Positions 1 to 22,517 of a stretch of DNA of 64,000 nucleotides are shown here, piece after piece. The DNA comes from Owenia fusiformis (lineage: Eukaryota). The notes beneath the pieces were generated by a model. The model saw only the letters and a program-made list of their open reading frames with translations, was not told the origin of the DNA and did no database searches. The position numbers were made by a program, and so were the translations under genes. Every line of letters starts with the position of its first letter. Position 1 is the stretch's first letter. The stretch is taken from NCBI GenBank assembly GCA_903813345.2, contig CAIIXF020000001.1:12338001-12402000 (forward strand), read 5' to 3'.

Positions 1-276
1 TCACATTTGAAATGTTCCCTAGTTGGAAGACAGAAAAATGAACAATAGTAAGAATGGCTCGGTGTATTCTGCCCCTCTATATGTATGATTTGTGATTTTA
101 CTAATTCAAAATATTCTTTAAAGAGATCGTACTTGGTTACCCAAAAATGCACCATTCTAAACATTAACAAAATTCGTCTATAAATCTATGCTTCTAGTCT
201 TTTCTAGTCTTATTTTAAATCAAGACGTCTTGATTCCCATTAGAATGATTATTGTTAGAGTTAATTTGAATTTTAG

Positions 277-375
277 ACTTTAAGTTGCATTCTGACCATT
301 CGTCTGAAGGAGACTGGTCAAGTAGTGAACTCGGTGACAGTAGCGATGATGGTTCTTCGAGCAGCGAGGAAGACA
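277..375 (+). CDS. Kinase exon: acidic Ser-rich segment N-terminal of the TM helix (FKLHSDHSSEGDWSSSELGDSSDDGSSSSEED)
   Basis: ttttag acceptor, gtaag donor; open frame whose phase-1 end joins exon 515 in frame. Confidence 0.7.
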
Positions 376-3300
376 GTAAGATAGTTCAATAGGCTTTTTT
401 ATATAGTCTTACATGTTAACAGTAGCGTCTCTTATAAAATACAATGAAATAAATATTTTGGAATACAAGCATAAAAAACAATGGCTTCAAAGTCGATTCA
501 ATATTTGTTTATAGGGCGTCCACAGAAGGCACGTATCCCAGACTCCCATGCATTAATGGCATTAATGATCTTCCTTCTGGGGCTGATGGGAGCTGGTCTC
601 CTCATTGGAACCATCTGTTACTGTAGTAGGAACAAGAGTTTAACACCGCACAAAAATACTATGCCAGGTAAGGTGACATTTTATTACAGTACCAGCAACA
701 TTAATTATTTTTGTACACAGTAGGACGACACATAAACACTTAATGTGCCGTCATACCGTGGGTGCGGTTAGACACGATATGGTCCACAGGGAGTTACCCG
801 CATTTTCATCATATTTTGTAGGTTTGAGATCCATAATGAGTGACAGCGTAGACGATGTCCAAACCCAACTATCAAACAAGGACTTTTTTGAATATTCACC
901 AAAACCTCAAGAAAAAACATCACAGTTCCCAGTCCTTTCTAATTGTGTGATTCCAAAGTCAGAATTTGAAACTGGACAAAGGTAATCAAAGATTCTGAAT
1001 TCTGAATTTATTCATAATTAAATTTTAGAAATTCTTGTTGGTTGCCTATATAGATATTTAGGAATGGTATTCTGTTCATAAAGCGAGTCAAAATGGGGAA
1101 CTATACTCGAGCATTTCTTTAACTCATATTATTATCTCACTCACTAACTATCATAGGATAGGTTGAATTAACATTTAAACAAAGTCAATACAAAATGCGA
1201 TGCTCTAACAAAATCATTAATTTAAAAATGAGTCTTTTTCCTTGATACACAGAGAGTGTGGAGTCAATATTCATTTCGGTCAATCGCACTATGTATTCTG
1301 GTGGCTGCGATTTTCAACTAGTAGTTTGGTCTTAATATTTTATTTTTCATTATGCTTCTTCATGTTTCAGGTTAGGGGGTGGTCTGTTTGCTGATACATA
1401 CATAGGAGAATGGAAAGAGCGTGCAGTTGTTGTAAAGAGGTTAACCATAGGAATACATACATATGGCCTCTCTGGTGAAGATTCTGAATGGTTACTTAAT
1501 GAAGTCAAAATACTTAGGTACATAGAAGATAAAGGTTCAATGTACACTGTACATTGTTTAAGGATTTAAGCCATGGACCCGGTGCATTGCGGACTGATTA
1601 TCATTTCTCCAAAGTGTTGTTTCAAACTTTGCACAAGATTTGCAGAATCAAGTGCTAAGTTTAGGAAACAATGCCTGAGTAGAATGAATCGGCCACAATG
1701 CATTGAGTCTTGGGCTTAAATTATTTTCACACAGGTTTTCACCTTGACAACCATTCAACAAATGGCATTGGGTGGGTTGTTGGTTATATAATGCAATGCA
1801 ATTACATGAAATAGCGTGTTCAGATTGGATGGAATTGGACACATCTTGCCTTGCTATGTGTGAAAAACAATACCAAAGAAAGTGACCCAAGGCAGTTGCA
1901 ATCATTGTGTCACCATTGCAATTAGAATTTTTAGCCAGTGTTATTTTTTAAATGCTTTTTGCTTCAGCCTATTTGAGTTCTTTGTTGAGAAAAATTGAAT
2001 TGTTCTTTTGTAGCAAGCTTCGTCACAAGTACATAGTGAGGATGATTGGGGTTTGCCTGGAGAGCAAGACCCCACGGCTAGTGTGTGAACATATAGATGG
2101 GAAGACTGTCAGGACGATCTTGAATGAAAATGGAAAGGCATTGTTATGGCAACATAAAATTAAAATGGTAGGCCTGAAAGTAAAAAAATTTCAACAATTT
2201 ATATAATCTTTATACATATACTACAGTAGTACAATAAGTCATTAAACTTATTACCATGTATTATTGTAGCACCAGCTCGTTCACTAAAATAAAATAAAAA
2301 TTATCCATAAACTATTGAAGTACACCCTGCATGCAGGGTCTAGTTATAAACAAAGACAAAGCTCTCTTTTAAGAAGCCAAGTCAAATGAATGCAAAGGGT
2401 AATTGTAGTACCAATGAACTATTGTAGTACCAACAAGTACACTAAAATATATTATATTATTATAGTGTCAACAAGCTGTAGAAGGTGTGATCTACTTACA
2501 CCACAGCAAGCCAAGTATACTTCACAGAGATCTTAGGTGTGCTAACCTTATAGTAGACCAAAATGAAAGAGTCCGGGTAAGAATTTTTGAAAATAAACTA
2601 GGGATTAAATTTTCCATAAAATTCAAATGAATTCTTATTTACATTTGTGATAAGTCGTTTTCAAGCACAACTCATTGGGGTTGTCACATCATCATTTTTA
2701 ATGAGTTATATGGTGAAATGTGTTAAATTAAAAATATCAATTGAGAAAACTTAATCAGAAGGTGCCTTTTTATGAAAAGTCACTTCCAAGAAGTGTTTGA
2801 CACACTATGCTCTCCATTTTTGTGACTTGTGTGAGTCATCTGTAACAATTGTTACACTTTTGTAACCATTTGTTGTAACTCACCAGGTTGATGACTTGTT
2901 TTTATTTATTATTATTTTGTTTTTATTTTATTCATTCATTATTCGAAAACTTCAATTTTATACATTATTGATAAGGTTTGTGACAAAATCTGTGTATTCG
3001 TGACAAAGTACATTTTTGAATTACATATTTATCAAAATTTATTGTATGAGAGAGAACTTTGCTGAACCGAAATGTAGCAATTTCTAGTATGTCTCAATCT
3101 AATTGTTTGCTTACACATAAAACCAGCAATAATATCAAGCAGGTTGAACTCTAGTTAACACTGAATATATATTTATATTATTTCACAAATAAAACGTCAT
3201 TGCAAAGAAGTAGTGTTAAAATATGTGAAAAGAGCATGCCATGGAGTAGTCAACAAATTAAAGTTTTAACTCCAACCACAGAACATCACCCGGCGAACAC

Positions 3301-6300
3301 CAAACACTGTCCACTTCTAATGTTGACATCAGGAGGGCGGCTGGGGAAAATATTTAGAATATGGGAGGCTAGGTCGGGGATGGAGTGCTATCTGCCTAAG
3401 AGGTTTCTCCTGCATGGGAGGGGCAATGGGGCATAAATGATATGGCTTCTTAATACCACATGGCCTCATCAAAACCAAACTAAAAATTGAAGAGCCAGCA
3501 AATAATTCAGTCAATAGAGCAAGACATGAGACTCAAACTAAATAGATACAAAACATCCCCTGTCAAATTAATTATCAAGATTACTGACTCTAATTGACGA
3601 CATATCTTCGCGAACTTGCCTCACTTGTATTCTACCTCACTTTCATGTATTTTGGCTTTAACATCATTATTTGTAACCGGGATACATAGATCGTAGGTCA
3701 AAATATGAATAGAAAACAGCAACTACCTGGGGTAGTGAATCCCACTGATATCAGCCTATCTCTTGGGACAGGCTGAAAACAGTATAATAGATATATTTAT
3801 TGACATTACCAAAATTTCAAACAGTAGTACTCATTACTTTGGTTAGAAATTACAAACTGTACTCAAGCTCATATGTTCTCAGCAGGCTTGCAACTAGAAA
3901 AATCTAGTAAGTTATTTTGACCCAGTAAGTTCAAATTCTGGATCACGCCAGCTTTATTAAGAGGAATGTGAACTTTATTTGCACTGATTGCAAGGGCTCA
4001 TATATATATACAGAACATTAAATTTGGCATGATAGATGAGTACAAAGTATAAAATGATCATTAATCATTTGCTGAGTACATAAAGTTATAAACAAATACT
4101 GCCTTGTATCTTATTGTAATATACAGATGTACTATATTTAATGATTGAGCACAAAGGCTAACATTTGAAAGCAAATGACAACCAACAACTGTATCAAGAT
4201 CCCTAAAAACCATAGAAATTATTTAATGGTTTCCACAGTCAGGAAAGACTAGGAATTTCAGAATTGCCTCAAAAGTGGCTAAATGGTCAGAAATTCAGAA
4301 AAGTCAACTGTTTAGTAAAAGTAAAAAATTGAATCATGAAGAACTGAAAAGAGAAAAATTGAAAGTGAATCACATAAATCATTAAAACTCAAATATTTCC
4401 CAGACGTAATGTTCTTCAATTAAGATATGTGCAGCCTTGGTCAAATCAACATATTTAGACTGTGAATGTCATGCTAAAATCAAGAAAGTTAAAGAAAAGT
4501 CAGGGAATTTAATTTTTGTGTGTAATGGCACCTCAGCCTGTAAAAGATTCCTCCAAATTATTAACTACAATCATAATACTGTATGTAATCCAAAATGTGC
4601 TTTTGCTTATACTACTGGTATTACTACAGATACAATCCTACTTATCAAAGCGCCATCTTTTTTAAAATGAATAAATAATTGTGTTAATACATGTATACAC
4701 TTGGTATGTCAGATGTATTATAAATAAAATTTCTTGCTTTTAGGTGGGTGACTTTGGAATAGTAAAATTAACACAAAGACTCCGAGAACAATGTAATGAA
4801 GGAGACACATGTTATTGTAAGTCACCCTTCTGTTGTGATATACCAACTGAAGGATAGGTCAAGTGATGTACCAAAGTCAATGACAAAGAATAAGCTTTAA
4901 AATAGTATATAACATCAATAAATCAAATAAGTATATCTATTTCTATGTCAAAATAATTCTTAATGAATTTTGTTTGGACCTACTAGCTAAAAGAAAAATA
5001 TGGACTAGATTTCATGTTATAAATATGTAAACAGCATATTGCCAAAAGGAAAATGCCAAAGAGTATTACAAAACAGGAAAAAGACATATTTAAGAGATCA
5101 ATTTTATACAGAAGTCAGAGGAGTATGTGATGAGAAGAGGTGTTTGGTGGAGAGAGGTGTTCACTAGAGAGAGGTGTTCACTAATTAAATACAGGTTTTA
5201 CCGAATTTACTTGTTTCAGGTCAGAAAGAATACAGCGCATTGCCTGCATCAATTCGTTGGTCTGCCCCAGAGATATTCCAGTTTCCAAACACTCACAACC
5301 CTAACATTATCACCTCTGCCTGTGATGTATATTCCTTTGGTATGGTGCTATGGGAGATGTGTACCCATATGGAACCATTTGCTGATATTCTTAATGAGCA
5401 ACAGGTTAGACAAGGGGTTGGATGTTTCAAAGGATTTACATCCGTGTAATCCATCTTTTTAACTGCTAAATCACAATTATACTTTGTTAATGTAACAGAT
5501 CATTTGGTATTATGAATTTTTCAATGAAAATGGCAGGATATCCAAACGTATCAAAGAACACGAACATAAATCCTTTCTTTATTCCAGTGTTTCTTTGTTT
5601 ACTGATTTATGATCAGGCACTAGCCAGGGACATCCCCCTCTATCTTTCAATCTCATGACATGTTGTTTCGGGTGAAACGATCAATTTAACAAGGCATTAA
5701 CATGCAAAGATGTCACTACCTGCCATTTGTTAGACACCAACCACCACAACCAAACTATCTTCCACAAAAGGTTGGTGACCACAATCACCACTTGTAGTGT
5801 TGACTTATAAATGTATCATTATTTGTTTCATAGGTAATGGATACAGTAAAGGAGGGGGTGCGACCACCTATCCCAAATGACAATTCTATTCCATCTAAAT
5901 ATAAAGACCTTATGATGGATTGCTGGGAAAATGAACCTAAGAGACGACCAACCTTCAAAAAGGTCAGATTTATTCTTTTTCTTTGTTAGTAAAAGGAGTG
6001 CAAGATAACGTCAGATTCAAATAGAAGCTTGGAGAAGATTTAATTGGAGAAGTTACTTACATGAATCAATTGTTAAGGGGGGGGGGGGGGGGGGGTCAAA
6101 AGCCAGGTTTTGTTAGATATTGAAAAATAAATAGAAAATAGAAAAACATTGAGATTGAATGGGTGATATTGTAAGTTCTATGTCTCATATTGTCTAATAA
6201 ACAGGTTCAGTAGTTTCACAAAAACCACTGATATTTTGATCTACTCCATTTTATTATTTACATTAAATGAAAATTCTGTTATCGTAGTCAATAACATAAA

Positions 6301-6505
6301 TTGATATTATCATATACTCCAGGTTGCAGTAGCTTTGAAAGAAATACAATCCGCGGTCAATTCATTCCAAAACATTAAGCGGAAACGTCAAAAATCTTCA
6401 ACATTCAGATCGTCGACGTCTGTGACATTTGCCAGTGATTTCGCAGATGCCAATGATGTGCACAAGAGTAATGGGAGTACTTTTTACACATCTCAACAGA
6501 TTTGA
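277..6505 (+). CDS. Single-pass transmembrane protein kinase (tyrosine kinase / TKL-type), spliced; join(277-375,515-667,822-981,1371-1517,2014-2167,2466-2576,4744-4816,5220-5404,5834-5962,6323-6505); 5' end uncertain (possible micro-exon ATG 38-47 would give 467 aa)
   Basis: All introns are GT..AG with matching phases. The spliced translation gives a TM helix LMALMIFLLGLMGAGLLIGTICYC, then LGGGLFADTY (Gly loop), AVVVK, NEVKIL (alphaC), HRDLRCAN, VGDFG, SIRWSAPE, DVYSFGMVLWEM, CWENEPKRRPTF and TGA at 6503-6505. Confidence 0.9.
515..667 (+). CDS. Kinase exon: transmembrane helix
   Basis: tttatag acceptor, gtaag donor; hydrophobic stretch followed by CYCSRNK. Confidence 0.8.
822..981 (+). CDS. 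Kinase exon: juxtamembrane region
   Basis: ttttgtag acceptor, gtaat donor; ends VIPKSEFETGQR, leading into subdomain I. Confidence 0.8.
1371..1517 (+). CDS. Kinase exon: subdomains I-III
   Basis: LGGGLFADTYIGEWKERAVVVKRL...NEVKIL; tttcag / gtaca. Confidence 0.9.
2014..2167 (+). CDS. Kinase exon: subdomains IV-V
   Basis: KLRHKYIVRMIGVCLESKTPRLVCEHIDG...LLWQHKIKM; ttgtag / gtagg. Confidence 0.9.
2323..2401 (+). mobile_element. Minimal (79 bp) MITE, family G
   Basis: caccctgcatgcag...tgcaaagggta termini; flanked by attg(a/t)agta 9-bp repeat; same ends as copies at 40680, 51312 and 52171. Confidence 0.75.
2466..2576 (+). CDS. Kinase exon: subdomain VI (catalytic loop)
   Basis: CQQAVEGVIYLHHSKPSILHRDLRCANLIVDQNERVR; tatag / gtaag. 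Confidence 0.92.
4744..4816 (+). CDS. Kinase exon: DFG and activation loop
   Basis: VGDFGIVKLTQRLREQCNEGDTCY; ttttag / gtaagt. Confidence 0.9.
5220..5404 (+). CDS. Kinase exon: subdomains VIII-IX
   Basis: CQKEYSALPASIRWSAPE...ACDVYSFGMVLWEMCTHMEPF; tttcag / gttag. Confidence 0.92.
5688..5808 (+). mobile_element. Short HINE-like element, family F (further copies approx. 8611-8755 +; 28683-28783, 30800-30970, 39198-39332, 43258-43390, 45640-45770, 51292-51828 -)
   Basis: Recurrent aacaaggcattaacatgcaaaatgtcaccacctgccatttgttac...ttggagactataacaatatgtcaccac..gtggtgacataa consensus seen about 8 times in the window. Confidence 0.75.
5834..5962 (+). CDS. Kinase exon: subdomains X-XI
   Basis: VMDTVKEGVRPPIP...LMMDCWENEPKRRPTFKK; tcatag / gtcag. 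Confidence 0.92.
6077..6095 (+). repeat. Poly-G tract (19 nt) in kinase intron
   Basis: Direct read. Confidence 0.9.
6323..6505 (+). CDS. Kinase last coding exon (C-terminal tail)
   Basis: ctccag acceptor; VAVALKEIQS...TFYTSQQI*. Confidence 0.8.
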   Translation, partial: VAVALKEIQSAVNSFQNIKRKRQKSSTFRSSTSVTFASDFADANDVHKSNGSTFYTSQQI

Positions 6506-6760
6506 GAAACTGAGAAATAAATTGACAAAATCATTAGGAATAGGCCATTTAATGTATGCTCAGCACTGATTGAGACAATTTGCTCAAAGTTGCACACTTC
6601 ACACTCATATAAAGTTGCAACATAAGAACTTTCTCTTGGACACTGAATAAGTGAATGTTACATAAATGGATTTATGATTATGAGGGTTGTTCAAAAAATA
6701 CAAGAATGAATATTCCTAATTTTGAACTCCATAGAGCAGCAAATCCCTGAATAACCATAT

Positions 6761-7003
6761 AATAAAAGACACAGTGATATAACATTTTAGCAAAAATTCA
6801 AAATGGCTACCAAGTAATTTACCCAGCATGCCCAAAACCTAATCAGATCCTGGCACTAGTCTGTTCTTGCATGTGTAGAATTTCAAGTTAAACAGGTAAG
6901 CAGTTTTCCTGGAATTTTGATAATACGATGTGGAGCCCACCCGCCTCCATGCTCTGCAGCACAAGTCAATGACAATATAGAACTTTAAAAAGGTGCAATA
7001 ATA
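6761..7003 (+). mobile_element. Degenerate single-monomer copy of HINE-like family C
   Basis: Shares acacagtgat start, acccagcatgcccaaaacctaatcagatc core and 3' hairpin remnant with 13712-14446. Confidence 0.65.
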
Positions 7004-8214
7004 ATCTCATGTTGGAAACTACCTGGGATATGCCTCTTTTTGGTAAAAACTACAATCATGACAGGGTGTCCATAAAGTTTCAATACAAATTTATTGTGTA
7101 TGACTATTTTAAACAGGCATGAACCAAATATATATTCAGGATTCAGTAAGCAACTATTCAAGGTCAACTGCCATTTCAAAGACACCATTTTGAAGAGCTA
7201 TCAGATGGGCATACTACCTATAACGCACAATAACAGATAGTCAAACTTCATTAATACATTGCTCAATGTAATATTCATACTGAATACTAATAACTGATAG
7301 AAATAGGCTAGAACTAGTACTGAATATACTGTAAATGGATTTTAAAAGTTTGATAAGGAAGGAACTTTGCAAATGCTGTCTAAATGAAGTGAAGTTTCTC
7401 AACAGTGAACTATGATTATAATCAATGAATAGAGGTATATTATATCCAGAACAATCTATGGCATCTTTCCCATATATATATCACATATAACCATCGTCAT
7501 GACTTTTTCTCTATTTAAGTTACTTATTTCTTTTAAAAGTAAAGTTCACATGAAGTTAATCGTTAAAGTATTATATAGACTACAATGTAAATGTATTTTG
7601 AATTGCGTCAAACCACTGATATGTCTTTCTATTAAAAATAGTAAAGCTTCAACTACAATAATTTTTGTTTTCATTTATGTTGAAATTACATGTATTTACA
7701 ATACACTCATTTAGTACTGTTATTCAGACAGAATGCAAACAACATTATTAAAAAGTGATGTGTTCTCTGGCTTAGATTCAATGTACAGCAAAAGTTGTAT
7801 ACTAACCAGATATAGGGAAGGAAATAAAATATATAATATCTGTTTATATATATTGTTTTATGCTTAATCCTGAGCATATGGTAAAATAACTAGATTACTA
7901 TGCTTACCAATTCATGTATCGTATCATACTCACTTGAATGTAAACAAGAATTATATCAAATTGTCTCCTGATATAAGACAGTGAAGTTTAATATTTATTG
8001 TGAAGTCAATATAATAATTGGAGTGAAATGTGACTTCTATTCCCCTTGTGATGTCACTAGAGATGAACGAAATTGAATGTTATCCTCTGATATCACAATG
8101 TCATTGTATGCTGTAAGGGTATAACCCAATATTACCACAATCAGAGAGACCTATAAGGACTGAGGTACAACAGCGCTAAATCTACTATCCAAATGCTTTT
8201 ACTGGTTCTCTGTT

Positions 8215-18736
<10,522 letters not shown>

Positions 18737-18783
18737 TCTGAACAAAATTTGTTTAACCAACTGTGTAAGTAAAACTTATTTTG

Positions 18784-18807
18784 ATTGGCTGGTTTAAATT
18801 TCCCGCA
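18784..18807 (-). promoter_or_regulatory. Candidate YEATS4 proximal promoter: E2F/CDE-CHR-like element and CCAAT box
   Basis: Sense strand reads TGCGG-GAAA-TTTAAA-ccag-CCAAT, 48-71 nt upstream of the ATG; tttcccgc fits the E2F consensus. Confidence 0.35.
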
Positions 18808-20843
18808 AAATCACCTTATCATATAGATGTAGTTTCAGTGGATTAAACTTACCAAAAATCTATGTTATACAACAAATAAGTTCTACTTTCTTTATAAACA
18901 ATCTTATTACAATGTTTTCTTTTGCTTTTAAAGCCTCTAAAAACTTGTACAAATGTAAATTGCAATCAACCAATAAAATAGAGTCTCTCAAAATGTGTTA
19001 CCTGTAAAATGTAATCCTAAATTTACTAATTTATGTCTTGTAAACTATATTCTGATAATTATTTTTTTGATAATTAAAACACATCAAAAACTTAAAGTAA
19101 ATATTTATCTGCTGCTTTAAATCAAAACTTTTGTAAATTAAATTAGAAAGTGCGCCATTTTCAAGGAAGTTGAAAAGTTTTCAAAAGGTAAGAAATATTC
19201 AAGTTTGATTCATATTTATGTCCATAGTTACCTTATATTCTCTTATTATATGTTCAAATCGATATAGGAATCAATTTTTTGAATTATTAGTGTCGATTCT
19301 TGTTCCTTTTCTTAGAGTTGATGTGTACTCAGTACGTAAGTGTACAAAATTGAAAAATGTATTATTTATTTTTAATTTTTTTCTCTTGTTTGTTTTCTCT
19401 TTTTCCAAGATATTTGTAGACGTTGCACACACAAGCTCCACCAATTCATAACTCGTTTAATAGTTTCTTCTAAGAAACAAAAATGGCCAAACTCCCGTGC
19501 AGTGATCACAGTCAGCACTATCAATGGTATACTTTACCTTTAGTAATAGAAGAGAGAAGTTCAAAAGCTGTTTGTCACGATATTTACCGATCCATTCACT
19601 CTCTCCAATACGCATGCGCAGCCCGATGTAAAAAATAAGGCAGTGACTGGAGAGCCTAAAATTTTAGGCTCTTTAGCATTTTTGTAACCCATTTGGCTAA
19701 AGAGCCTTAAATTTTAAGGTTCTTCTGCATTAAGGGTAGAAAGCCTTAAATAGGGTCTTTAGCATTTTGATTGCCAATTTTGCTAGAGAGCCAGCCTTAA
19801 CGGAATTCTAAGTGACGGAAATGACAAAATATTGCTTCTGGGACGAGATCAAACGATTTTGACATATTTTTACTCAACCCGTTTTGTAATTTAACAATCA
19901 ACACAAATTAACATACTAAATTTAAGCAGATACCGGAGATATTCATAAAAATATATTTTTTGATCGATAAACTCACCGATTATTAAACCGGAAGTGTCTT
20001 CTCTGAGGTCCGCGAAGAAAACGAAGAAGGAAACATACAACGATTTTATTCATTTCACTTTTGCAGTGGATTTGATTTTAAATGCTTCTAAATGATCCTT
20101 GAATGCTTACTTTGACTTCCTATAAGAACTGTTTTGACTTCCCCATTTCATAAAAAGAACATTATCACTTTTTACTCGACTCGTAAATTTACTTCCGGTC
20201 TACCGAAAAAAAGTTCTTAGAACCTTTTCAATCCTCAGTCTAAATTTGGCTTTTTAAAGGTTCAGTAACCTTCGTGGTGCGGCAACTTGGAGCAGTCATA
20301 TACTTGTTCAATTTTACTAATCAGTAAAGATTTTGATGTTTAGAATAGGCCCTTGGGAGAATGGTGTTGAGGTCACATTTAGTGATGCCCAATAGGAGGC
20401 TAGCCTAAAAAAACGTTGATACAAATGAAGGACTTTTGAAGGGGAAGTTTTTGCAAAAAATTGAAAAAATATTTTGTGCCTCTTGTTATTTGAAAATCCT
20501 AAAAATCGGCATGGGAATCTAATAGGCAATAGATTTGGAAGTGTATTCTCTGATGTCCCCGGGCTGATGTCCCTACATTCCCGATAAACTACATCATGAT
20601 GTGCTGTATCTAGAATTCAACAAGATCATTTTCTTCATCCTAAAGTCTCCTTCATACTTTTTGCCACCTTCAAATGGGATTCCCCGTATGCTGTAAGCTT
20701 GTGAATATAGTAAAGCCAATACAAGTGATTAATTTCATTAAACATGGATGGTTGAGCGTTGGAGCGAGCCCATGAATTTTTAAAAAATTGTGTACATAAT
20801 ATCCGGACCTCAGAGAACAAACTTCATAATGAAAAAAATTGTA

Positions 20844-20910
20844 CCAACATGGAATCGAACCTGCGCCGTGGGAGTATTAGGCGAACGCCATAACCACAAA
20901 ACTAGAGAGT
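20844..20910 (-). pseudogene. tRNA-Val-like pseudogene / SINE head
   Basis: Minus strand ctagttttgtggttatggcgttcgcctaatac...ggttcgattcc resembles tRNA-Val gtagtgtagtggttatcacgttcgcctaacac...ggttcga; anticodon and acceptor stems are broken. Confidence 0.55.
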
Positions 20911-20990
20911 GTTTTCTTTTTGTAAAATCTATATTTCAATAATAAAACATATGTAAATAATATAATTATAAATAGACCCAGTTACATTGT

Positions 20991-21400
20991 TTAATTTCTG
21001 TACAGTTTTTCATTTTCAAAATATGCATGTATACTTCCAGTTTTGTCTCTATTGAAAATTTGTATTTCCCTCCTGGTTATTAAAACTTCTTTATAATTCT
21101 TATACTTATTTATTCCTATAATTTGTTCAAAAGTGATATTATCAAAAAAATTCCATATATCCCTTATTTTTGTACACTCATAAATTATGTTTAACATTGT
21201 CAATTACATTACAATTTTAAAAAGAAATATCTCTAATTCTAAAACCATTTAAAATCTCATTACATGGATATACGTTGTGTAATGTTTTCCAATGAATAAT
21301 TAAGAGTTTGGTATCTACTTTGCACTTAAATGCTCTAATCCAAGTTGCACATGAAATATCCTTACCATTATACTGTAGAAACAATTTTCTTTTATCTGTT
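20991..21400 (-). pseudogene. Decayed 3' end of an L1/Tx1-type LINE ORF2 (zf-RVT-like region)
   Basis: WIRAFKCKVDTKLLIIHWKTLHNVYPCNEIL...*NCNVIDNVKH, then a frameshift to YECTKIRDIW. Confidence 0.6.
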
Positions 21401-22279
21401 CATATAATCCAAAATCTGATGCTTCATAACATATTATCTCTATACCATTTAAATATACTAGAGTGGCTTGTACATACATTACCTTTAAGGCTCTTTGGCC
21501 GAAGTGCTAAAGAACCTTAAAATGTAGGCTCTCCAGTCACTGCCTTATTTTTAACATCGCTGCACATGCGTATTGGAGGGAGTGGAGGGATCGAGTGTGA
21601 GTTTGGACCAACTTTTGCAAGTTTGACCAGGAAATCACCTTTCATTTGGTATGTTAGTAACCTTTTTGATCGTATTGGTATGTAAGAATCATATATATGT
21701 CGAAATCTAAGCATAAATGTCACAGTTTGAAGGATAAATGTCAGAATATTTACCGGAAGTGTTTATATTTCCAAAGAGCTTTCGGACTTTTCTCGTCTAT
21801 TACGGTACTAAAGGTAGATTGATGGTGATGACTTTGGCAGTGATATATCACTGCGGCGGGCAGGTATCTCACCGTAAGCATGATAACTTCGTAATAAACA
21901 ACTGACGTGATTGGTTCTAGTCCCATGATTGTAGAATTTAGACAATTTCATTGGTTGAATTGCGCGTATTAACTAATAAACAACACGTGCGGTAAACTAT
22001 TATCAACACAACTTTAACTCAGAATTCCTTCCTCGGTGATGTCTTCTCATATTTCAATAATTTTGAGATATTTCGACAAAATAATGATTGGGGAACATTC
22101 ATGAATATATATCTTATAAGTTGTGTGAATATTGACCACATATACGATGAAAGTGGGAACTATTTTCACCAAATTTTGGAGATTTTCTTCATCTGCCTGC
22201 CGCAGTGTCTATACTGAGACACTGCATGGGAGTTCGAAAAATGGCAGGAAAAGATCTTGGCAAAATCTATGGGTAGTTA

Positions 22280-22517
22280 CAGTGCTCACCATAAATAAAT
22301 GACACCTGGATTTGCTGAAGTGAGGATTTCCCATGTTAAAAAGAAGGGAATTTTGAAGAGGCTATACATCAGTGGATGAAATATACAAAATATGTAAAAT
22401 ATACAAAACTTAAGGGATGTGTATCTAGACATTGTTGGAAAGTATGAAGTCTCAAATCACCATGTTCTGGAAATGGTGATAGAAAATCCAGGTGTCATTT
22501 ATTTATGGTGAGCACTT
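22280..22517. mobile_element. Tc1/mariner-type MITE
   Basis: ~34-bp TIR cagtgctcaccataaataaatgacacctggattt, flanked by TA on both sides. Confidence 0.85.

Larger units (their letters stand above)
19588..21593. mobile_element. ~2-kb non-autonomous element with ~110-120-bp imperfect terminal inverted repeats and captured cargo
   Basis: cgatcc..ctccaatacgcatgcgcagc..aaaaataaggcagtgactggagagccta is mirrored at 21484-21593. Confidence 0.75.

Noticed and set aside
3200..3514. Overlapping 78- and 61-aa ORFs in a kinase intron
   Set aside because: No recognisable domain or splice support; probably an unclassified repeat fragment
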